From Dehalococcoidia bacterium (GTDB lineage: Bacteria > Chloroflexota > Dehalococcoidia > Lucifugimonadales > QGNO01), in the NCBI GenBank assembly GCA_034421495.1, contig DAOUKI010000025.1:1-35077 (forward strand): 35,077 bases of DNA. The letters are read 5' to 3'. The notes beneath the pieces are model-generated. The model did no database searches. It was not told the DNA's origin and worked only from the letters and a program-made list of their open reading frames with translations. Within the stretch, counting starts at the first letter, position 1. Every line of letters begins with the position of its first letter. Position numbers and translations under genes: made by a program. Below are positions 26,945 through 34,238 of the stretch, in pieces.

Positions 26945-27598
26945 TTACGCTGCCCGGAACTCCTTATCAAACACAAGTTCGTCGTATTTGGTAGTGATTC
27001 CGGAGTCCTTCAATATTCGAGAGCCAAGGGTTCGGCATATCAGATAGACAGCGAGAGAGTCCGCTATTGAAAACATGTGCCCCTCTGCGTAGGTATCTTC
27101 GATAGTGTGCTTTGATTTGTTATACACCGCTTTGGTTAGCTCCCATAGGGTTTCTACCAGATCAGCGTCAAGAGACCGGGCCTTACCGCGTTTCAGTATC
27201 ATGCCGATGGAAAGAGGACCGTCAATCTGGAGTTGCCCCTTAAGGCTGTTCTCCACATGGAGGCAGGACATGGTCACAATACTTCGGGTAAGCCATTCGA
27301 GGGAGAGATGTTGAAGGTAGCTACTCACGTACTGGATAGGCCTAAAGATAGGTCGGTCCTGTATGCTATAGACGGCTGCCAGTCCGCCACCACTAGTTCT
27401 CTCATTGATGTTGTGTTGCCCCAACCCAGGTATCGTCTTATCTATAAGGGTCAAATCCCGGAGTGCGGAATCTCCATCATCTACGGCAACGGCGCCAATC
27501 CGAAGAACTTCGGAGTGATAGGATGAGAGACCAGCCGCCTGAAGTATCTGATAGATCTCAGGCCGTAAGCCATTGGAGTGATTGCTGTCGTTATACAT
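26945..27598 (-). CDS. Hypothetical protein (217 aa)
   Basis: Long ORF preceded by a degenerate leader module that supplies GGGAGGG/GAGTAGGA as a ribosome-binding site. No confident motif recognised. Confidence 0.6.
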   Translation of the reverse strand: MYNDSNHSNGLRPEIYQILQAAGLSSYHSEVLRIGAVAVDDGDSALRDLTLIDKTIPGLGQHNINERTSGGGLAAVYSIQDRPIFRPIQYVSSYLQHLSLEWLTRSIVTMSCLHVENSLKGQLQIDGPLSIGMILKRGKARSLDADLVETLWELTKAVYNKSKHTIEDTYAEGHMFSIADSLAVYLICRTLGSRILKDSGITTKYDELVFDKEFRAA

Positions 27599-27674
27599 TC
27601 CTACTCAGCCCCTGGCCCTCCCGCTGCTTGATCTCGTAGCTTATAAAGTCCCCCGCCTTGCCGCCCTACCACCG
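27599..27674 (-). repeat. Degenerate partial copy (R4) of the antitoxin-derived leader module
   Basis: On the coding strand, GACTTTATAAGCTACGAGATCAAGCAGCGGGAGGGC...CTGAGTAGGA-ATG compares with R3, GACTTCATCATCAACTACGACATCAAGTATCGCATGGGTCGGGAGGGCTGAGTAGGAG. There is no ATG; the 5' part is missing and the hicB stop abuts it. Confidence 0.55.
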
Positions 27675-27878
27675 CTATACGCTAATGAGTTCGTACGACT
27701 GCGGCTCGGGAACGGGTAAGCCGTCTTCCTCAAGGGCCTCGACATAGAGGCGTATGGCCTCTCGAATAAGCTCGCACACCTCTTCCCTGGTATTCGCGGC
27801 GGCCACGCATCCGGGCAAGTCCGGCACGTGGGCGCCATAGCTGGTTGCCCCCTTCTCTATCACCACGGCGTATCTCAT
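27675..27878 (-). CDS. hicB: HicB-family antitoxin
   Basis: MRYAVVIEKGATSYGAHVPDLPGCVAAANTREEVCELIREAI..Y.E is the classic HicB/UPF0150 N-terminal domain. The ATG at 27878 lies behind GAAGGAG; the track ORF extends to 27926. Confidence 0.85.
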   Translation of the reverse strand: MRYAVVIEKGATSYGAHVPDLPGCVAAANTREEVCELIREAIRLYVEALEEDGLPVPEPQSYELISV

Positions 27879-27880
27879 AA

Positions 27881-28078
27881 TCAACTCCTTCTTTGTAAAC
27901 CAGCCTGCTTCAGGACATTGTTCCACGTTCCCTGGGGCATATCAACGCCCGGATGTCCTGCAATAACGACTATCCCCTGCTTGGCCGGGTGCTTGTACAC
28001 GCGGTGACTGCCCCGAGTCCGCACCAGGCGCCAGCCGTCCCGTTCTACCATGCGAATGGCGTCCCTAACCTTTGGCAC
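27881..28078 (-). CDS. hicA: HicA-family mRNA interferase toxin
   Basis: The sequence (V->M)PKVRDAIRMVERDGWRLVRTRGSHRVYKHP...VVIAGH.G.D.P.GT....KQAGL has the HicA/YcfA signature G.SH...(H). GTG start. hicA precedes hicB, as is usual. Confidence 0.85.
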   Translation of the reverse strand: MPKVRDAIRMVERDGWRLVRTRGSHRVYKHPAKQGIVVIAGHPGVDMPQGTWNNVLKQAGLQRRS

Positions 28079-28114
28079 AGCCCATTTCCAATGATATTCC
28101 TTCCGTTGTGGTCA

Positions 28115-29191
28115 TCATCGCCAGTCTCCCCATTCCGAGGAATGCAAAGGAAACATTTGTGGGAATCGGTTCCACGAATCATAATCTGGATCTCTATAGT
28201 GCTCCTCGTCCTCTAAGACCTTGACAAAGCGCACGGCATCGCGAGCTAAGCTCAAGAGATTGTAGTTCGCTGGATTCGGCAAAGCGTCGCCCCCGTCCTT
28301 CATCCTGATCCGATACTCATCCCAAGTCTTCCTCTCGGAATTTATGTGTCCCTCCATTTCCCAGATGGCCCGTGTCAGTCCCCCTAGCTCCATGAGTGAT
28401 GGACCAGTGATTCGGATAGCTTGGGTGCATTGATCGGCCAGTTCCTCGAACTTATTAAAAACCCACCGCAGGGAGTCGTATGAATCTATACCTTTCAAGA
28501 ACGCCTCGCGTTCTAGGGGCCTGTGTTTTGTTAGCCTCATAATCAAGTCGCGAGACTCTCTGTAGTCCCGTGGGCGGTCCCGGGAGTCGTGACTACCCTG
28601 CCTCCCTGGGTGGTCGAACCATTGCTGTGCAGTTACCGTCACAGCATGCATAGCCGTATTTCGAAGTCTTCGAATAAACCACTCAAGGAGCTTGGGTGTC
28701 TGGGCGCGCGCCATGTCTGCAATCTCATCTGGCGAAGCACGTCGCGTTGAGCTTCCATCCCTGACATAGACGGCGTTGACGTCCACTTTGCCGTACTTGC
28801 TGACCGCGTAGACAGGACGTGGTTGAAGTGGGATGCATAGCACACCGATCTCCTTGTCTTCAGTCTCAAACGGCGAGTAGCTAAACTCGGCTGATCTGTT
28901 GGTCTTGGAATTGACAAATTGGTGCAGGTTGGCGTCGTCTAGGTGGTCCGCAACTCCAACGACATTACTGCGCCCACCCTGTACCTCTTCTACGCCGATC
29001 AAGATATACGCAGTGCGATAACGTTGAGTATTGACAAAGGCGAGTATGTCTTTTAGCAACTTACTCTTGTCTGTATCGCTTGTATTGTTGAAGCGGTACT
29101 GCTCTCTCTTGAAGTCAAGAGTAGGCCCTTCTTCCATATTCAGGAGAGCCTCCAACATCTCGCTATTGAAGGGTGGGCCTTGCATGGTCAT
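28115..29191 (-). CDS. AlbA_2 (Schlafen-like, 'divergent AAA') domain protein with an uncharacterised C-terminal half
   Basis: N-terminal pattern: E.LL..EEGPTLDFKRE........K..LLKDILAFVNT......YILIGVEE.....VVGV. The C-terminal ~180 aa carries no motif I recognise. Confidence 0.7.
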   Translation of the reverse strand: MTMQGPPFNSEMLEALLNMEEGPTLDFKREQYRFNNTSDTDKSKLLKDILAFVNTQRYRTAYILIGVEEVQGGRSNVVGVADHLDDANLHQFVNSKTNRSAEFSYSPFETEDKEIGVLCIPLQPRPVYAVSKYGKVDVNAVYVRDGSSTRRASPDEIADMARAQTPKLLEWFIRRLRNTAMHAVTVTAQQWFDHPGRQGSHDSRDRPRDYRESRDLIMRLTKHRPLEREAFLKGIDSYDSLRWVFNKFEELADQCTQAIRITGPSLMELGGLTRAIWEMEGHINSERKTWDEYRIRMKDGGDALPNPANYNLLSLARDAVRFVKVLEDEEHYRDPDYDSWNRFPQMFPLHSSEWGDWR

Positions 29192-29203
29192 AATCCGTCT
29201 GCT

Positions 29204-29325
29204 CTACCCTTCCCGACCCATGCGATACTTGCTGTCATAGTTGATGGTGAAGTCCAACTCTGGGCTGACAAGCTCACCTTGCACCGGGCTGAACTGTAGT
29301 CCTCACATGCAACGCTTTTTTGCAT
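29204..29325 (-). repeat. Leader module copy R1 (indel-scarred)
   Basis: Starts ATGCAAAAAAGCGTTGCATGTGAGGACTACAGTTCAGCCCGG, which with one A removed reads MQKALHVRTTVQPG. The tail frame reads VSPELDFTINYDSKYRMGREG-TAG. In the actual ATG frame a 45-codon ORF (29188..29325) ends in an ATGA overlap with the AlbA_2 start. GGGAGA lies upstream. Confidence 0.8.
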
Positions 29326-29336
29326 AAATGTCTCCC

Positions 29337-29917
29337 TTATGGAGTTGCTGGATCAGACCAGTCCCTCTCAAACGGATTACAGAGTTCCGTAAAAGTTTCG
29401 GGGTCAATCGTTGGAAACAGCGTCTCAAGAATGCTTCCGGTTGCGTTGTCCAGAGCCCCACAAGCTTCTCTGATCCGTCGGCCTGCTGTCAAAGGATCAG
29501 GGGGCAATCTTGAAACAAGTTCTAGAGCGCGACGATATGAAGCCATGCCGATACGCTGAGGTTCTAGTCCGTAACGCTGTGCCGCATAGCGCGAAAAGGC
29601 GGCCGCCATTCCCTCCGCCAACCAATTCCCAGTCCCTGGTCTGGGGTTCAATAAATGCACTGTCTCATGGGCTAATTCATAGACGGTTGTTGGCCAGTAC
29701 CTTCGGCGTTCCGACTCAATTCTGCGAACGCCCCATCTAGATTTGGTGTGTTGCGAATGTACGGACCATCGTCTGCAAAAACTGGTTGGTAAATGGTCTT
29801 AGAGGCGTCCCGTGGTCCAAGAATGTCCTCAGCAAGCTTCAACAGGTGCACCTGCATCGACCATAGCCCACTGGGGTCTTCCCTTGGCGACGGAGTCGCC
29901 TGCAGGGTTAGCTCCAT
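29337..29917 (-). pseudogene. HExxH metallopeptidase-like gene split by a frameshift (track ORFs 29672..29917 and 29337..29660)
   Basis: The HExxH motif (YELAHETVHLL) is encoded at 29655-29669. It straddles the artificial GTG 'start' of the 107-aa ORF, whose frame stays open upstream of that GTG. The 81-aa ORF ends at 29672 in a different frame. A 1-nt indel around 29672-29710 would join them. Confidence 0.55.
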
Positions 29918-29920
29918 AGC

Positions 29921-30042
29921 CTACCCCTCCCGCCCCATGCGATACTTGATGTCGTAGTTGATGGTGAATCCAACTCCGGGCTGGAAACCTCTATCCTGCC
30001 GCCTGGTTGAACAGTCGTCCTAACGTGCAGCGCCTTTTCCAT
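29921..30042 (-). repeat. Leader module copy R2 (1-nt deletion)
   Basis: MEKALHVRTTVQPGGRIEVSSPELD, then a 1-nt deletion (TTGGA-TTC). The ancestral tail frame reads (F)TINYDIKYRMGREG-TAG and ends 3 nt before the downstream ATG. The actual 44-aa ORF is 29908..30042. Confidence 0.8.
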
Positions 30043-30131
30043 TCTTCTAGTCCCCCTTTACAGGATGAGTTCCCTACGGCTCCTGCAATGCGTCGGAAGG
30101 CTCTTCGGGGCTCTTCCAATCGCCAATTGAT

Positions 30132-30881
30132 TCATGTGATGCTGGCATCATCCCATACGACTTCAGCGGCCAGATACTCGCGTAGTACCATCCTTACTAG
30201 GATTCCGCCTGATGCTTGAGCGACGGCGTATCGGTAGACCTCGTCTTGAACATCCTGCCAGCTATCAAAGTAGACTTCCTGGGAACCTGCTGGCCGGTGG
30301 ACGATGAAAGCCCTCTGCATCATTCTGCTGCCCACTTCCGGCCAACCTGAGCCATGCGGAACATTCTCAAACTGATCAATCTGTCGAGCTGTCATCACCT
30401 GAATTGGGCGGACTGACACATGAGAAGGCCACGCAAACATAGGTTCACCCATTTCGTAGAGAACGTGCCCGCGGGCGTTCTTCACGATGACCCGCTGTAT
30501 ACGGTCGAGTTCAGGTTCCCACAAGACTTCGACATCGCCCCACAGGTTTCCTTGAACCGTTCGGGACCGGTCAATCCGGTTGCCCAATCGGGGGCTATGG
30601 GTCAATATGCCGGAGGCCACAGGAAATCTGACCGGGTCTGGTCTTGTGGAGCCACTGAGCACCGAGCCGAGAAAGGCGATCAGGTACTCCTCATCCGATG
30701 AAAAGCTGGCGTTACATTGTCGGCACACTTGCACTACGGGCAGGTTCTCAGGGTAAGGAGGGTTCAAGAGACCCCGAGTCGGCACGTGATCCCGATTGGA
30801 ATCATCAGGTCTCAGCCCGCTCCCACAATGGATGCAGAAGCCCTTGTTTCTACTATCGCTGTAGTCGGTCAGTTGGTCCAT
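30132..30881 (-). CDS. HNH endonuclease-family protein (HNH_5-like) with an uncharacterised C-terminal domain
   Basis: CIHCGSGL.....NRDHVPTRGL........LPVVQVCRQCNASFSSDEEY matches the CxxC...DH...N...CxxCN beta-beta-alpha-metal finger arrangement. Confidence 0.75.
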   Translation of the reverse strand: MDQLTDYSDSRNKGFCIHCGSGLRPDDSNRDHVPTRGLLNPPYPENLPVVQVCRQCNASFSSDEEYLIAFLGSVLSGSTRPDPVRFPVASGILTHSPRLGNRIDRSRTVQGNLWGDVEVLWEPELDRIQRVIVKNARGHVLYEMGEPMFAWPSHVSVRPIQVMTARQIDQFENVPHGSGWPEVGSRMMQRAFIVHRPAGSQEVYFDSWQDVQDEVYRYAVAQASGGILVRMVLREYLAAEVVWDDASIT

Positions 30882-30897
30882 ATGCGTAGTCTCCTAC

Positions 30898-31020
30898 TCA
30901 GCCCTCCCGACCCATGCGATACTTGATGTCGTAGTTGATGATGAAGTCCAACTCCGGGCTGGCAACCTCCACCCTGCCGCCGGGCAGTACCGTCGTCCTT
31001 ACGTGCAGTGCCTTTTGCAT
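30898..31020 (-). CDS. Intact 40-aa leader ORF (module copy R3): MQKALHVRTTVLPGGRVEVASPELDFIINYDIKYRMGREG
   Basis: GAGGAGGA lies 7 nt upstream of the ATG. This is the only copy with one uninterrupted frame. Its TGA is followed by GTAGGAG and, 16 nt later, the HNH gene's ATG. Translation has not been shown. Confidence 0.4.
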   Translation of the reverse strand: MQKALHVRTTVLPGGRVEVASPELDFIINYDIKYRMGREG

Positions 31021-31065
31021 GTCACCGTCCTCCTCGTCTACAAGTTAACCGTCACGTATCTCACG

Positions 31066-32268
31066 TCAAGTCCTTCCTCTCCGAGGATATGTGAACTCCT
31101 GCTGCCACGATACATATGGAGAATACGGCTTTTTCCTCACCGAACCATCGACTTGGTGATCTGCAACCGTGAACCAAAAGTCTTCTCGTATCGGAGATGC
31201 ATAATGCTTTGCAAGGACAACTTCCAGTATGGCTCGCTTGTCTTCGTCAGATGTACGGCTGCCAAAAATAATTCCTTTCAGTGCCTCAATTGGATACTGT
31301 ACTGTATGGGTAGATGGATTTCCTTCGAACTGACCGTCAAAAAAGTTAGACATCGCGAACATACGAACTTCTTGTTCGATTTCCCAATGCTTCTGTTTGG
31401 TGAGAAGACTGCTTACACTCATCCGTCTGCGCTCTTCAAACACAGCATTCCTATCAATCTTGTCTTCTGGAAGAAATGGACACAGATCACTGATGTCTCC
31501 ATTCTCATCAGTGAACAGTCTTCTGTACTCGGCTGTGGTAAGTTTAGGTAGATTGGAAAAGAACTCTATCTCACGCTTTACGCCCTCGTACTCTACATCC
31601 TTCAGTTCCACTCCAAAAGTGTGTTCTGGCGCTTGTATTTTCATTAGGGAGTCTCTATCGAATACCAAACATACACCTGTATTGTTGTCGGCATATGTCG
31701 TCCACAAAAACGGGTTGGTGAAGTCCTTTGTGAAGCAAGCAACACCCCATTCGGATAGGAGCATCTTTCCCATTGCCCTAACAAACTCTGCTGGAAAATC
31801 ACTATACGGCTGAGTCACCGGGTCCAATAGAGTGCGGACATGTCCAGGAGTTACTTTGCGAAGTGCGTCCTGAAAGGCATAGTTGGAAACAGGTTGCTCA
31901 CCCTGAACAAGACCCTTAACTATTTCAACTCTGCTATCCTCAAATATCTTCGATAGACGATCTGATTCCGATTCTATCAAGAGTGTATCTATTGAACCTT
32001 CCCTCAATATATTATAACCCGGCAAGCAGACTTGCCTCATGGTTGTCGAAAATACAAGCGCCCTCCAGTAGTAGTGAATTAGATTTGACCAAAGAGTTTC
32101 ATCGCCCTGCCAAACTACATTGACCATATCTTCAGCTACGTCGTTCAGTTGATCTGGACGAGCAAGATATATGGTCTGGCGGTACAGTTCCTTGTGATCG
32201 CCGACCAAAGCTTCAACCGATCTGAACCGGTATATCTCACTGGAGTCTGGTTTAGAACTAAAGAACAC
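31066..32268 (-). CDS. DUF2971-family protein
   Basis: Family hallmarks as I remember them: IYLARPDQLNDVAED (usually ..fNDP.E), GVACFTKDFTNPFLWTTYADNNTGVCLVFD (..CFS....lMWshYa..h.G.cl.F), LTKQKHWEIEQEVRMF (K...W..E.E.R). Confidence 0.7.
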   Translation of the reverse strand: MFFSSKPDSSEIYRFRSVEALVGDHKELYRQTIYLARPDQLNDVAEDMVNVVWQGDETLWSNLIHYYWRALVFSTTMRQVCLPGYNILREGSIDTLLIESESDRLSKIFEDSRVEIVKGLVQGEQPVSNYAFQDALRKVTPGHVRTLLDPVTQPYSDFPAEFVRAMGKMLLSEWGVACFTKDFTNPFLWTTYADNNTGVCLVFDRDSLMKIQAPEHTFGVELKDVEYEGVKREIEFFSNLPKLTTAEYRRLFTDENGDISDLCPFLPEDKIDRNAVFEERRRMSVSSLLTKQKHWEIEQEVRMFAMSNFFDGQFEGNPSTHTVQYPIEALKGIIFGSRTSDEDKRAILEVVLAKHYASPIREDFWFTVADHQVDGSVRKKPYSPYVSWQQEFTYPRRGRT

Positions 32269-32794
32269 TTCAGACCTTGCTTAACCAGATTGGATGTGTA
32301 CTATCGCCCGCAACCAGTGGCCTACAAGCGGTGATTCGGAAGCTGACGAGGGCCAAGCTTCTCTCAATACTCCCATTACTTGGTTCCCTAGCGCTGGTCG
32401 CAGCTATTGTATTCAGTGGGTCGGACAGCCAGGTGTTCGTTCCATCTACGCCTAGCCTGGACTCTGCGGGTGAGGCTGCGGACTCAGGAGAGAGTTCTCT
32501 AGCCGATACACATAGTGCCAGAGACGTCAGCGGCTTCAACATCTTCTCGCCGGTGCGGGGAGGGGCCGCCTTCGACCTTCCGGAAACCTTGAGTGTGGAA
32601 GCCGTCCTGGAGAAGGGGCTGAACGAGTTGGAACTGTCCCCGACCCACGTCGCCTTCCGCGGGACGGCTGCTGCGGACTCCGTCCGCTGCGAGTGGCGCG
32701 GTATCGCTAGGACTCTGGAGCCATCGGTTGCGACCAGACCGAGGGTGTTCCCAACTCCTGGTGGCATATATACCGTTCCATCCGACATTTCTAG

Positions 32795-33457
32795 AAGGAG
32801 CGTTATACCAAGACTCTGTTCGAGGCCGCCGTTGGAGCGGGCGTCGGCAGGATCGTCCACTTCTCCGTGACGAACCCCTCAAACGGGTACGACCTGCCGT
32901 ACTTCAGGGGCAAGGCGCAGGTCGAGGAGATGCTGAAGGGCCTCGGCGTCACGTATGCCGTCATAAGGCCAACCTTGGTCTACGGCAATGGCGACCTGCT
33001 GCTCAACAACATGGCCTGGGCGTTGCGCCGCTTTCCGGTCTTTCCCGTCTACGGCAGCGGAGACTACCCGGTCCAGCCCGTCTACGCCGAAGACGTCGCG
33101 GCACAGGCCGTGGAGGCCGGGTCCCAGAGTGAGAACATCGTCGCCGACGCAGCGGGGCCGGAGACCTTCTCCTTTGAAGAGTTGCTTCGCCTGCTGGCCT
33201 CCGCGATGGGCATTCGTGCACGGCTGGTGCACACGCCCCCTCGGGTGGGCCTCGCCCTGACCCAACTGGTTGGCCTGCTCAGGGGGGACCTCGCGCTCAC
33301 ACGAGACGAGGTTGTCGGGCTCATGGCCGGGCTGCTGATTTCCGAGGCCACGCCGACCGGCACGACCAAGCTGAGCAACTGGCTCGGAGAGAACGCCGAC
33401 GGCCTGGGGAGGAGATACGTCTCCGAGTTGCGGCGCAACTTTCGCTTGAGATGGTAA
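32795..33457 (+). pseudogene. 5'-truncated NAD(P)H-binding NmrA/NDUFA9-like SDR gene (Rossmann GxxGxxG part missing)
   Basis: The frame is open from the TAG at 32792. It reads ...TKTLFEAAVGAGVGRIVHFSVTNPS....PYFRGKAQVEEML...GV.YAVIRPTLVYGNGD...N......R.FPVFPVYGSGDYPVQPVY.EDVA. This corresponds to the middle and C-terminal part of such proteins. There is no ATG and no N-terminal dinucleotide-binding motif upstream. Confidence 0.65.
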
Positions 33458-33571
33458 GGACGCAGCATCGAGAATAAGGCCACGGTTGAAGGATGTGTCC
33501 TAGCACCAGAAGATTGACCTATCCCGGCCCCGCGGCTACTAGATATACGCTGCTCGAATTTTTCGCCCCCG

Positions 33572-34015
33572 TGCTTACGTCTTCCGACTGGTATATTCTA
33601 TGCCCAGGGGGTCAAGGCCAACGTCCTGTTCTTCGACCGGAAGCCAGCCAGTGAGACCCATTGGACGCGTGACCTGTGGATCTACGACCTGCGCACGAAC
33701 CGGCACTTCACCCTCAAAACCAACCCCCTGACCCGCGCCGACCTGGACGACTTCGTAGCCTGCTACAACCCAGAAGCTCGCCACGAGCGCCAGGCCACCG
33801 AACGCTTTCGCAGGTTCAGCTACGAGGACCTAATGAAGCGGGACAAGGTGAATCTCGACATCTTCTGGCTGCGTGACGAGAGCATGGAGGACTCGGCCAA
33901 CCTGCCGCCGCCGGATCAGATTGCCGAGGAAATCGTCGAAGACCTCCGAGCCGCCTTGGAACAGCTGGAGGAGATTGCCGGGGACCTATCGCCGGAGACG
34001 ACATCCGCACCGTAG
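33572..34015 (+). pseudogene. hsdM: 5'-truncated fragment (C-terminal ~147 codons) of a type I restriction-modification methyltransferase gene
   Basis: Reads (C)LRLPTGIFYAQGVKANVLFFDRKPASE...W.YDLRTN.HFTLKTNPLTRADLDDFVACYNPE.RHER..TERFR.FSYE.L..RDKVNLDIFWL.DES.ED..NLP.P, the conserved HsdM C-terminus. An in-frame TGA at 33515 and unrelated sequence lie upstream. No catalytic NPPF region and no hsdS/hsdR are present in the window. Confidence 0.85.
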
Positions 34016-34238
34016 CTAGGCATTGTGGCCGACTGACTGCGCATTCCGCGCGTGTTCTGGGCTGAGCGCTCACCCGAACATCAAGAGTATCGCGGGCTTG
34101 AGCTCCCACTCGCGGTTCCTAGAGTTTATTGGTTCGTAGGCCGTAAGCCTTGTTCCAAGGAACAGTGACTGTTGCGTAGCCCCTGCTACGGTTCCTCGTC
34201 GTAACCTCATTCCGCTACCACAAAACTGCCCTCTGCAC

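Noticed and set aside
26945-27598. HEPN-like reading of YNKSKHT in the 217-aa protein.
   Set aside because: The HEPN motif requires Rx4-6H and the Arg is absent here. There is no other support.
31003-31813. Plus-strand ORFs 31003..31551 and 31397..31813.
   Set aside because: They are antisense to the DUF2971 gene, which has recognisable family motifs. They have no SD or motif support.
32270-32882. Minus-strand ORFs 32270..32860 and 32499..32882.
   Set aside because: They have no motifs, and their composition is typical of antisense frames. The plus strand carries a signal-peptide-like fragment and the SDR fragment, which explain the open frames better. Confidence in anything coding at 32.27-32.79 kb is nevertheless low.
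34020-34200. Possible tRNA or att site between the hsdM fragment and the HTH gene (GGTTCGTAGGCC resembles a T-loop).
   Set aside because: I could not fold a cloverleaf: there is no matching acceptor or anticodon stem on either strand.
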